32,000 nucleotides of DNA from an uncultured Actinomycetes bacterium (GTDB taxonomy: Bacteria > Actinomycetota > Actinomycetes > S36-B12 > CAIYMF01), in NCBI GenBank assembly GCA_963843975.1, contig CAWJMG010000001.1, positions 420,001 to 452,000 of the forward strand. Reading direction: 5' to 3'. The translations under genes and the position numbers were made by a program. The notes beneath the pieces are model-generated. The model ran no database searches, had not been told where the DNA came from, and saw only the letters and a list, made by a program, of their open reading frames with translations. Shown piece by piece: positions 17,674 through 25,862 of the stretch (positions within the stretch are counted from its first letter, which is position 1; every line of letters begins with the position of its first letter).

Positions 17674-18376
17674 GTCCCGCCTCGTCGGCGCCGACGACGC
17701 CCACCGCGTCTCCCCGGCGCGCCTCGACGCGCGCCTGCGCGGGGACTCGATGCTCGCGGACCTGCGCACCGACGCGCGCGTGCTCGACCCGCGCCTTGCC
17801 GGCGTCGTGCAGGACGCCGCCCGCGTCGCTGCCGAGTCCGCTCACACCGAGGGCTTCGCCGCGGGCTACGAGCGCGGTCTGGCCGAGGGCCGCGAGGCTG
17901 CCGCGGCCGAGGCCGAGCGTCGTCGGGCCAGCGACGAGCTCGCCCTCGCGGACGCGCTCGCACGCCTCCGGTCCGTCGCATCCTCGCTCGACACGGCCGC
18001 CACCTCCCTCGAGCAGCACGGCCTCCCCGTGCACGACGCCTCGGCGTCCGAGCTCGGGTCGACGGTGTGCGACCTCGTCGAGCACCTGCTCGGTCGCGAG
18101 CTCGAGACCTCCCGCCTGCACGTGCTCGACGCCGTACGCCGGGCGACGGGCGAGGCCGCGCGCGGCGCCGCCCTCGTGCTGCACCTGAACCCCGCCGACG
18201 CCGCGACCGTGGCCGAGGCCGGCATCGACCTCGAGGCGCTCGCCCACCGCCCTGTGCACGTCGTCGCCGACCACGGCGTCGAGCCCGGCGGCGCCGTCGC
18301 CGACAGCGGCGCCCGCCACATCGACGCGTGCCTCGGAACCGCGGTCGCCCGCCTCCGCGAGGAGCTCACCGCATGA
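17654..18376 (+). CDS. fliH: Flagellar assembly protein FliH
   Basis: 240 aa between fliG and fliI. It has a Glu/Ala-rich coiled region (GYERGLAEGREAAAAEAERRR) and a C-terminal FliH-like block. GAGGGG precedes ATG 17654. Confidence 0.75.
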   Translation: MTLSSPESRLVGADDAHRVSPARLDARLRGDSMLADLRTDARVLDPRLAGVVQDAARVAAESAHTEGFAAGYERGLAEGREAAAAEAERRRASDELALADALARLRSVASSLDTAATSLEQHGLPVHDASASELGSTVCDLVEHLLGRELETSRLHVLDAVRRATGEAARGAALVLHLNPADAATVAEAGIDLEALAHRPVHVVADHGVEPGGAVADSGARHIDACLGTAVARLREELTA

Positions 18377-19680
18377 GCACCCTCGATCTCCTGCGCAACC
18401 GCGGCCTCGACGTCTGCGGCCCGGACGTTTCTGGCGCCGTCACCTCGGTCACCGGTCTCACCGCCTGGGTCGAGGGCATCGACGCCGCCGTCGGCGACGT
18501 CGTGCACCTCGACGCACCCGACGGACGCCTGCTCGCCGAGGTGGTCGGCGCCGACCACGGTCGCCTCGCCTGCATGCCGCTCGGCACGACCACCGGCATC
18601 GGGCCGGGCGTCGTCGCGCGCGGCACCGGCTCCCCGCTCACTGTCCCGGTCGGCCCGGCGCTGCTCGGCCGCGTGCTCGACGGCCTCGGCCGCCCGCTGG
18701 ACGGCGGCCCGTCGCTCGAGCACCTCCCGCGCGTGCCGGTGGAGAACACCGCACCCAACGCCATGAAGCGCCAGCTCGTCACCGAGCAGATGCCGCTCGG
18801 CGTCCGCGCGATCGACACCATGACGCCGGTCGGCCGCGGCCAGCGAATCGGCATCATGGCCGGCTCCGGCGTCGGCAAGTCCACGCTGCTGTCGATGATC
18901 GCGCGCGGCTCCGGCGCGGACGTCGTGGTCGCCGCCCTCGTGGGCGAGCGCGGCCGCGAGGTGCGCGAGTTCCTCGAGAACGACCTCGGCGCCGAGGGCC
19001 TCGCCCGCTCGGTCGTCGTCGTCGCGACGTCCGACGAGCCCCCCGTCGTCCGTCTCCGCGCGGCGTTCACCGCGACGCGTATCGCCGAGGAGTTCCGCGA
19101 CCAGGGCCTCGACGTGCTGCTGTTCATGGACTCCGTCACGCGTACGGCGATGGCGCAGCGCGAGGTCGGCCTCTCCGCCGGCGAGCCGCCCGCGACCCGC
19201 GGCTACCCGCCGTCGGCGTTCGCGATGCTGCCGCGCCTGCTGGAGCGCACCGGCCCCGGCGAGATCGGCACCATCACGGGCATCTACACCGTGCTCGTCG
19301 AGGGCGACGACATCCAGGACCCGATCGGCGACACCACGCGCTCGATCCTCGACGGCCACATCGTGCTCGACCGCGCGCTCGCGCACGCGCACCACTACCC
19401 CGCGATCGACGTCCTCGGCTCGGTGTCGCGCCTCGCGAACACCGTGACGACGCCGGAGCAGCGCGCCGACGCCGGCATGCTGCGCCGGCTCATGGCCGCC
19501 CACCGCGAGGCCAAGCTGCTCATCGACGTCGGCGCCTACGTGCCCGGCAGCGACCCCGACGTCGACCTGGCGCGCGCCCTCGAGCCCGCGATCGAGGCGT
19601 TCCTCCAGCAGACCGTGCACGAGAGCGCCGACGTGGCCGACTCGTGGCGCCGCCTGCACGACCTGGTGGGTGCGCTGTGA
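18373..19680 (+). CDS. fliI: Flagellum-specific ATP synthase FliI
   Basis: 435 aa. Walker A is GSGVGKST, followed by the LLFMDSVTR block. It has an ATGA overlap with fliH. Confidence 0.95.
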   Translation: MSTLDLLRNRGLDVCGPDVSGAVTSVTGLTAWVEGIDAAVGDVVHLDAPDGRLLAEVVGADHGRLACMPLGTTTGIGPGVVARGTGSPLTVPVGPALLGRVLDGLGRPLDGGPSLEHLPRVPVENTAPNAMKRQLVTEQMPLGVRAIDTMTPVGRGQRIGIMAGSGVGKSTLLSMIARGSGADVVVAALVGERGREVREFLENDLGAEGLARSVVVVATSDEPPVVRLRAAFTATRIAEEFRDQGLDVLLFMDSVTRTAMAQREVGLSAGEPPATRGYPPSAFAMLPRLLERTGPGEIGTITGIYTVLVEGDDIQDPIGDTTRSILDGHIVLDRALAHAHHYPAIDVLGSVSRLANTVTTPEQRADAGMLRRLMAAHREAKLLIDVGAYVPGSDPDVDLARALEPAIEAFLQQTVHESADVADSWRRLHDLVGAL

Positions 19681-20144
19681 CCCGCCGCGCCTCGCTCGAG
19701 CTGCTGCTGTCGGTCCGTGCGCTCTCCGAGCGGCTCTCGCGCCGCGGCCTCGCCGACGCGGCCGCCGCGCAGCGTGCCGCCGAGCAGCAGGTCGAGGAGC
19801 TCGAGGAGTCGCTCGACGGCTTCCCGCTGCCGTCCGAGGCCCGGTCGGCAGAGTGGGTCGCGGCCACCGCCTCGCGCCGATCGATGGCCACGCTCGTGAC
19901 CGCCGCCCGCCAGCAGGCCGCTGCCGCTTCGGGCACCACCGACCTCGCCCGTGCGGCGTGGGTGCTGGCCGAGCGCGACCGCGAGTCGATGCAGCGCCTC
20001 ACCGAGCGGGTCGCGGCCGAGCACCAGGCCGAGCGCAACCGCCAGGAGCAGCGCGAGAACGACGACCTCGTCGTCGGGCGGCACAGCCGCGACGCCGCGC
20101 CGCGCCCGGCCACCACCACGACCACCACCGGAGGCATGGCATGA
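19677..20144 (+). CDS. fliJ: Flagellar export chaperone-like protein FliJ
   Basis: 155 aa, predicted coiled-coil. It sits immediately after fliI with a GTGA overlap. The call rests mainly on conserved position and composition. Confidence 0.6.
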   Translation: MTRRASLELLLSVRALSERLSRRGLADAAAAQRAAEQQVEELEESLDGFPLPSEARSAEWVAATASRRSMATLVTAARQQAAAASGTTDLARAAWVLAERDRESMQRLTERVAAEHQAERNRQEQRENDDLVVGRHSRDAAPRPATTTTTTGGMA

Positions 20145-21304
20145 GCGTCCCGACCCTTGCGGTCGCGGCCCCCGCCGCTGCCGTCGTCCCCGCCGCGTCG
20201 CTCGCGGCTCCCGCCTCCGCACGCGGCGCGGCCGCGCAGTTCGCCGCCGTCCTGCACGGCGCCCTCACCCCGGCGACCGAGGTGCCGACGGGGCCCGCCG
20301 ACCCGACCGCGGAGTCCGAGGTCGCGACGTCGTCCGAGTCGACGGGATCCACCGAGGGCACCACGTCCACCGACACCGTCGAGCCCACCATCACCCCGGA
20401 CGCGGCCGCGGCCACCGCACCAGCCGGCACCACCCCCGTCGTCCCGGCCGTGACCGCACCGCCAACCCAGCCGGCCCGCGTCGACGTCCCGGCCGAGGTC
20501 ACCTCGGGGTCGACCGAGCGCGACCTGCGCGCCGAGCGCGTCGAGGAAGGCGGCCGCGGCCACCACCGCGGCCACGCGGAGCGCATCGACGGCGCCGATC
20601 ACGCGGACGCCCCGGACGCTGCTCCGGCACCCGCTCCGGCCGGCCCCGGCCGCACCGAGCAGAACGAGCAGACCGAGCACACCGCCCAGGTGCCCGTGAC
20701 ACCGTCCGTGCCCACCGACGACCCGCCGAGCACCGTCCCGTCGTCCACCCCGACCCCGACGTCGGCGCCGGTCGACCGCGCCGGCGGCGCCTCGACGCTC
20801 GCCGCGGTACGACCGACGGACACCTCCGCGTCCACCCCCACCTCGACGCCTACGGCCGCGGCGCCCCCGGTGTCGGACCAGCTCGCAGCACACCTGCGCG
20901 GCGTCCGGCGCACGGCGCACGGCGTCCACGAGGCCACCCTCGTCCTCGAGCCCGAGCACCTCGGCCCGGTCCGCATCCGCATGCAGGTCGAGGACGGCGT
21001 CGTCGCCTTGTCCATGGCCGGCCTGCAGGTCGCGACCACCGAGGCGCTCAAGGACGCACTGCCCGAGCTTCGCCGCAGCCTCGCCGAGGCGGGGCTGCAG
21101 CTCGGCACGGCCGACGTCGCCGACGCGTCGTCGTGGTCCGACTGGAACCGGCAGGACCCCGGCGCCCGTGGCCAGGGCACCGCAGCGCACGGCCGCACCG
21201 CCCACGCCGACCGCACAGGCGTGCCGACGATCCTGCGCGCCGTCGACCCCATCGCCCGCCCGCTCAGCCCGGCCCACGCCGGCGCCCTCGACCTGCTCGC
21301 CTGA
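20141..21304 (+). CDS. fliK: Flagellar hook-length control protein FliK
   Basis: 387 aa. A long Pro/Thr/Ala-rich spacer is followed by a C-terminal Flg_hook-like block, LVLEPEHLGPVRIRMQVEDGVVALSM..LPELRRSLAEAGLQLG. Confidence 0.78.
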   Translation: MSVPTLAVAAPAAAVVPAASLAAPASARGAAAQFAAVLHGALTPATEVPTGPADPTAESEVATSSESTGSTEGTTSTDTVEPTITPDAAAATAPAGTTPVVPAVTAPPTQPARVDVPAEVTSGSTERDLRAERVEEGGRGHHRGHAERIDGADHADAPDAAPAPAPAGPGRTEQNEQTEHTAQVPVTPSVPTDDPPSTVPSSTPTPTSAPVDRAGGASTLAAVRPTDTSASTPTSTPTAAAPPVSDQLAAHLRGVRRTAHGVHEATLVLEPEHLGPVRIRMQVEDGVVALSMAGLQVATTEALKDALPELRRSLAEAGLQLGTADVADASSWSDWNRQDPGARGQGTAAHGRTAHADRTGVPTILRAVDPIARPLSPAHAGALDLLA

Positions 21305-21319
21305 CCCCAAGGACCCCTG

Positions 21320-21838
21320 ATGACCGTCACCCCCACCTCCGGCGCCACCCCGGCCGCCGGTGCGAGCTCGCAGGTCAACCGTGCCGGCACCGGCACCGGG
21401 CTCGACAGCCAGGCGTTCCTCAAGCTCCTCGTCGCCCAGCTGAAGTACCAGGACCCGATGAACCCGGCCGACAGCACCGCGTTCATGGCGCAGACCGCGC
21501 AGTTCACGATGGTCGAGAAGCTGACGGCGCTGACCCAGCAGAGCTCGGACCAGCTCACGTCGCAGCGCGTCGCCCAGGCCGCACAGATGGTCGGCCGCTC
21601 GGTCACCTACACCGACGCCGACGGCGTCTCCCACACCGGAGCCGTCAGCGGCGCCCGGCTGCTCGCGACCGGTCCCGTGCTGGTCGTGGACGGCGTCGAG
21701 GTCAACCTCGCCGCCGTCACCGAGATCACGAGCCCCGCAGGAAGCACGGGCTCCAGCACCACCTCGAGCACGACCGGCACGGATGCCACCTCCAGCACGT
21801 CCACGGCCGACCCCGCTGCTGCGGGCGGTACCGCCTAA
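21320..21838 (+). CDS. flgD: Flagellar hook assembly (capping) protein FlgD
   Basis: LDSQAFLKLLVAQLKYQDPMNPADSTAFMAQTAQF is the FlgD signature. It has a Ser/Thr-rich C-terminal tail. Confidence 0.9.
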   Translation: MTVTPTSGATPAAGASSQVNRAGTGTGLDSQAFLKLLVAQLKYQDPMNPADSTAFMAQTAQFTMVEKLTALTQQSSDQLTSQRVAQAAQMVGRSVTYTDADGVSHTGAVSGARLLATGPVLVVDGVEVNLAAVTEITSPAGSTGSSTTSSTTGTDATSSTSTADPAAAGGTA

Positions 21839-21881
21839 CCACTACTGCGGCAACCCCCGCACTGTTCCAGGAGGAAATCCC

Positions 21882-23069
21882 ATGCTTCGTTCGCTCTTCT
21901 CGGGCATCAGCGGCCTTCGCGCCCACCAGACCATGGTGGACGTCGTCGGCAACAACATCGCCAACGTCAACTCCGTCGGCTACAAGACCAGCAACGTCGT
22001 GTTCGAGGACACGCTGTCGCAGATGGTCCGCGGCGCCACCCAGTCGACGGCCACCACCGGTGGCCTCAACGCCATGCAGGTCGGCCTCGGCGTCAAGACC
22101 GCCGCGATCGCCACCAACTTCGGCCAGGGCTCGACCCAGCTCACCGGCCGCGGCCTCGACCTGATGATCCAGGGCGACGGCTTCTTCGTCGTCAACGCCG
22201 ACGGCCAGCAGCAGTACACCCGCGCCGGCTCGTTCACCCTCGACGGCCAGGGCCGTCTCACCACGCCGGACGGCGCCCTCGTCGAGGGCTGGTCCGCCGT
22301 GAACGGCGTGCTCAACACCAACGCGGCTCCGGGCGCGATCACCCTGCCCATGGGCGTCACCACGCCGCCGGTCGCCACCACCGCCGTCGGCCTCGGCGGC
22401 AACCTCGACGCAGCCGCCGCCGTCGGCACGGCCGTCACCACGACCATCACGGCGTACGACGGCCAGGGCACCGCGGTGCCCCTGACCTTCACGATGACCA
22501 AGACCGCCGCGAACGCGTGGAGCCTCGCCACCGCCGGCGGCACGCCCGCCGCCTCGGGCATCGCCTTCGACCCGGTCACCGGCGCGGTCACCACCGCGAG
22601 CCCCCTCGCCGTGACCGTGAACGGGCAGGCGCTGGGCCTCGACCTGACCAAGGTGACGCAGTACGGCACCGCGAGCTCGTTCGCGGCGCTCAGCCAGGAC
22701 GGCGCCACCATGGGTCAGCTGCAGGCGTTCAACATCTCGGCCGACGGCACCGTGGTGGGCATGTTCTCCAACGGCGTGAAGCAGCCGATCGCACAGCTCG
22801 CCATGGCCACCTTCAGCAACCCGGGCGGCCTCGAGAAGGTCGGCAACTCGTCCTTCTCCGCCTCGCTCAACTCCGGTGGCGCCGTCATCGGCACGCCGGG
22901 CTCGGGCGACCGCGGCCTCATGATCGGCGGCGCGCTCGAGATGTCGAACGTCGACCTCGCCTCGGAGTTCACCAACCTGATCATCGCCCAGCGCGGCTTC
23001 CAGGCGAACTCCAAGATCATCACCAGCTCGGACGAGATCCTGCAGGACCTCGTCAACCTCAAGCGCTGA
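21882..23069 (+). CDS. flgE: Flagellar hook protein FlgE
   Basis: MLRSLFSGISGLRAHQTMVDVVGNNIANVNSVGYK.. and the C-terminal IIAQRGFQANSKIITSSDEILQDLVNLKR. AGGAGGA lies upstream of ATG 21882. Confidence 0.93.
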   Translation: MLRSLFSGISGLRAHQTMVDVVGNNIANVNSVGYKTSNVVFEDTLSQMVRGATQSTATTGGLNAMQVGLGVKTAAIATNFGQGSTQLTGRGLDLMIQGDGFFVVNADGQQQYTRAGSFTLDGQGRLTTPDGALVEGWSAVNGVLNTNAAPGAITLPMGVTTPPVATTAVGLGGNLDAAAAVGTAVTTTITAYDGQGTAVPLTFTMTKTAANAWSLATAGGTPAASGIAFDPVTGAVTTASPLAVTVNGQALGLDLTKVTQYGTASSFAALSQDGATMGQLQAFNISADGTVVGMFSNGVKQPIAQLAMATFSNPGGLEKVGNSSFSASLNSGGAVIGTPGSGDRGLMIGGALEMSNVDLASEFTNLIIAQRGFQANSKIITSSDEILQDLVNLKR

Positions 23070-23085
23070 TCAACGATCGGCATCA

Positions 23086-23122
23086 GGTGAGGGGCCTCAC
23101 GGCCTCCGCGGGGCCCCTCACC
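23086..23122 (+). terminator. GC-rich hairpin (11-bp perfect stem) 17 nt after the flgE stop; probable intrinsic terminator
   Basis: ggtgaggggcc-N15-ggcccctcacc. It is followed directly by the flbD promoter candidate. Confidence 0.55.
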
Positions 23123-23133
23123 GCCTGTTCGAC

Positions 23134-23160
23134 TCAGATCCACGGGCTCCCCGCCGATGG
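23134..23160 (+). promoter_or_regulatory. Sigma-28-like promoter candidate: TCAG-N15-GCCGATGG, upstream of flbD-motA-motB-fliL
   Basis: Same motif and spacer as the other copies. It is located between a terminator hairpin and flbD. Confidence 0.55.
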
Positions 23161-23223
23161 GGTTCCTGACGGAGCGCTACGGATGGCGCCCGGTGCACGG
23201 CCCTCGACCAAGGACGGTTCATC

Positions 23224-23511
23224 GTGATCATGCTGACGCGCCTCAACGGGGCGCCCTTCGCGCTGAACCCCGACCTCATCGAGCGTGCCGAGGCCACCCC
23301 CGACACCGTGATCGTCCTCGTCGACGGCAAGCACTACGTCGTCCACGAGTCCCTCCCCGAGGTCATCGCCCGCGTGCAGCAGGCCCGCGCCGCGGTGCTC
23401 GGCGACGTCGCCGCGGCCCAGGCGCGCAGCGAGCTCGCAGGGCAGGCCAGGACCCACGAGACCACCACCGACGCATCCGGCGACGTCATCCCGATGAGGA
23501 GGAACCACTGA
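23224..23511 (+). CDS. flbD: Flagellar protein FlbD
   Basis: MIMLTRLNGAPFALNPDLIERAEATPDTVIVLVDGKHYVVHESLPEVI is the FlbD family signature. It occupies the conserved position before motA. Confidence 0.85.
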   Translation: MIMLTRLNGAPFALNPDLIERAEATPDTVIVLVDGKHYVVHESLPEVIARVQQARAAVLGDVAAAQARSELAGQARTHETTTDASGDVIPMRRNH

Positions 23512-24278
23512 TGGATCCCCTCACCCTCATCGGCGTCGTCCTCGCGTTCGTCGCGATCTTCGTCTCGATGATCATGGAGGGTGGCAACCCCGCCGCCCTC
23601 ATGCTGATCCCTTCGCTGCTGCTGGTCTTCGTCGGCACCTTCGGCGTCGGCATGGCCGGTATGACGCTGCCCGACTGGATCTACAGCATGAAGACGGCCA
23701 AGGACGCCTTCATCGGCAAGGTCGGGAAGCCGGACGCGCTGGTCGAGACCATCGTGAAGTGCGCCGAGGTCGCCCGCCGCGAGGGCCTCCTCGCGCTCGA
23801 GTCGGTCGTGCAGACGATCGAGGAGCCGCTGCTGCGCCGCGGTCTCGAGCTGGCCATCGACGGCACCGATCCCGACGCGCTCGCCGAGGTGCTCGAGGCC
23901 GAGGTCGGCGCCACGCACAAGCGCGGCGCCATGCCCGCCAAGCTCTTCGAGAACATGGGCGGCTACGCCCCGACCATCGGCATCATCGGCACGGTCATGG
24001 GTCTCGTGAACGTGCTCGGCAACCTCGACGAGCCGAGCGAGCTCGGCCACCTCATCGCCGGCGCGTTCATCGCGACCCTGTGGGGCGTGCTCACGGCCAA
24101 CGTGCTGTGGCTGCCGATGGGCAACAAGCTCAAGGCGCTGAACGAGATCAACCACCAGCGAAACGAGATGATCGTCGAGGGCGTGCTGTCGATCCAGAGC
24201 GGCGCCAACCCCCGCATGGTCGACCGCAAGCTCCGCGCCCTGCTCCCGCCGGCTCTCGCTGAGAAGAAGGCTGCGTAG
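23511..24278 (+). CDS. motA: Flagellar stator protein MotA
   Basis: 255 aa. It has four predicted TM segments and the block YAPTIGIIGTVMGLV..AFIATLWGVLTANVLWLP. GAGGAGG lies upstream, and the ATG overlaps the flbD stop by 1 nt. Confidence 0.92.
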   Translation: MDPLTLIGVVLAFVAIFVSMIMEGGNPAALMLIPSLLLVFVGTFGVGMAGMTLPDWIYSMKTAKDAFIGKVGKPDALVETIVKCAEVARREGLLALESVVQTIEEPLLRRGLELAIDGTDPDALAEVLEAEVGATHKRGAMPAKLFENMGGYAPTIGIIGTVMGLVNVLGNLDEPSELGHLIAGAFIATLWGVLTANVLWLPMGNKLKALNEINHQRNEMIVEGVLSIQSGANPRMVDRKLRALLPPALAEKKAA

Positions 24279-25183
24279 TGTCCGGGTCGGTCAGCAAACG
24301 GCGGAAGAAGAAGGAGCCGCCGCACGAGGAGCACGTCAACCACGAGCGATGGCTGGTCACGTACGCCGACATGCTGACGCTGCTCATGGTGCTGTTCATC
24401 GTGCTGTTCGCGATCAGCCAGGTCGACCAGAAGAAGTTCATGCAGCTCGCGACCGGTATGTCGTCCGGCTTCGGGCAGCCCGTGTCGATCACGAACGGCG
24501 CGACGAGCGTCCTGCCCGAGGCGGCCGCCGCCAAGCCGGTCACGGACTCCGCGCCGGCGATGGCGATCGACGCGATCCCCAGCCTGGTCAGCGAGATGGC
24601 CAAGGGCACCAGCGCCGGGAGCAGCAACGCCGCCGCGGCCGCGGCCCAGGCCGCCGCCAAGCGCGACACCGCCGACCTCGACAAGGCCGCCGCCTTGATC
24701 ACCGCCGCGCTCAAGAAGGCCGGGCTGACCAAGAAGGTCGTGCTCTCACGGGACGCCCGCGGGCTGACCGTGACCGTCGTGGTGGACGACCTCGTCTTCC
24801 CGGCGGACAGCGCCGAGCTCCAGACAGACGGCCAGGTGCTGCTCGCAGCGATCGGGCCGGCCCTCAAGGACACCAAGCACGACCTGCTCATCGAGGGTCA
24901 CACGAACACCGTCAACGTCCGCCCCAAGAACTACCCGAGCGAGTGGGAGCTGTCCTCGGCCCGCGCGAGCTCGGTAGCACGCTGGTTGATCTCCGAGTCC
25001 GGGATCAACCCGCGGCTCGTCAGCGTGGCCGGCTACGCCGACACGCGCCCCCTCGTGCCCGCCAGCGACCCGCGCTCGACGGTGCTGAACCGTCGCGTCG
25101 CGATCGTCGTCCAGAGCACCCTCAGCGGAGAGCAGAAGGCTCTCCTCGACCTGATCCAGGCCAACGCCACGGAAGGGAACTGA
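24278..25183 (+). CDS. motB: Flagellar stator protein MotB (OmpA-like C-terminal domain)
   Basis: WLVTYADMLTLLMVLFIVLFAIS contains the conserved Asp in the TM plug region. The C-terminal OmpA-like block is LIEGHTN..ELSSARASSVARWL..NRRVAIVV. Confidence 0.92.
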   Translation: MSGSVSKRRKKKEPPHEEHVNHERWLVTYADMLTLLMVLFIVLFAISQVDQKKFMQLATGMSSGFGQPVSITNGATSVLPEAAAAKPVTDSAPAMAIDAIPSLVSEMAKGTSAGSSNAAAAAAQAAAKRDTADLDKAAALITAALKKAGLTKKVVLSRDARGLTVTVVVDDLVFPADSAELQTDGQVLLAAIGPALKDTKHDLLIEGHTNTVNVRPKNYPSEWELSSARASSVARWLISESGINPRLVSVAGYADTRPLVPASDPRSTVLNRRVAIVVQSTLSGEQKALLDLIQANATEGN

Positions 25184-25184
25184 C

Positions 25185-25640
25185 ATGGCTGACCAGGCCA
25201 CGCTCGCCGCCGCACCCGATGCGGCACCCGCCAAGAAGGGCAAGTCCAAGCTGCTCATGATCGTGGCGGTCGTCCTCGTCGCTGCTGCCGCGGCGTACTT
25301 CTTCGTGCTCAAGCCGAAGGACTCCGCCACTCCGGCGGTGCCCCCGCCGCCGGAGAAGGGCGCCGTGCTCGCCCTCGACCCGATCTACATCAACCTCGCG
25401 CAGGGCCACTTCCTCAAGCTGGGCCTCGCCCTGCAGGCGACCAAGCCGACCGCGATCAAGGAGCTCGACGGATCCGAGGCGCTCGACTCCGCCATCGAGG
25501 TGTTCAGCGGCCAGGACCTCGAGAAGCTCTCCGAGACCGAGGTGCGCTCCGAGTTCAAGAAGGAGCTCGTCGACAAGGTCCTCGAGGCCTACCCGGACGA
25601 GGTCATGGACGTCTACCTGACGGAGTTCGTCATGCAGTGA
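25185..25640 (+). CDS. fliL: Flagellar basal body-associated protein FliL
   Basis: 151 aa. It has a single N-terminal TM segment and LDPIYINLAQGHFLKLGLALQ. Confidence 0.85.
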   Translation: MADQATLAAAPDAAPAKKGKSKLLMIVAVVLVAAAAAYFFVLKPKDSATPAVPPPPEKGAVLALDPIYINLAQGHFLKLGLALQATKPTAIKELDGSEALDSAIEVFSGQDLEKLSETEVRSEFKKELVDKVLEAYPDEVMDVYLTEFVMQ

Positions 25641-25648
25641 CGCGGGGA

Positions 25649-25680
25649 GCCGGGGCGTCGACGGATCGACGAACCCCGGC
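25649..25680 (+). terminator. Hairpin 9 nt after the fliL stop (7+6 bp stem with a 2-nt bulge, CGGA loop)
   Basis: gccgggg-cgtcga-cgga-tcgacg-aa-ccccggc. Two further small hairpins follow (25747-25763 is one of them). Confidence 0.5.
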
Positions 25681-25828
25681 CGCTGACACCGGAGGCCGCG
25701 CCCGCTGCGGGCAGGCCCCGGAGGGTGCACGGAAGCCCCTGAAGCCGTGCGGCCGAGCCGCACCTGAACGCCGCTTGAGGCCACGAAGAGCCTCGCTCAT
25801 CCATTCGGAGCCCTCGGCCCTGTTCTGC

Positions 25829-25855
25829 TCAGATGACCGGTCGTCCTGACGATGG
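25829..25855 (+). promoter_or_regulatory. Sigma-28-like promoter candidate: TCAG-N15-GACGATGG, ending 8 nt before in-frame GTG 25863 of fliM (possible leaderless mRNA)
   Basis: Same motif and spacer as the other copies. It lies at the end of the 190-bp structured fliL-fliM spacer. ATG 25833 lies inside the spacer of this element. Confidence 0.5.
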
Positions 25856-25862
25856 GCACGGT

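Noticed and set aside
15907-17769. 620-aa minus-strand ORF, with similar long antisense ORFs at 17866..19659, 19520..21634, 26067..27974, 27623..28843, 14966..16564 and 4979..6223
   Set aside because: These lie opposite strongly recognisable fliF/fliG/fliI/fliK/fliM/fliN/fliP and rml genes. Their composition is Arg/Gly/Ala/Asp/His-rich, typical of stop-poor shadow frames in high-GC DNA. They have no recognisable motifs and no plausible RBS.
23490-23497. CCCGATGA(GG) inside the 3' end of flbD, resembling the -10 half of the promoter motif just before motA
   Set aside because: There is no TCAG/TCAA 15 nt upstream (the sequence there is ACGC). The string is explained by the codons P-M-R-R plus the motA Shine-Dalgarno GAGGAGG.
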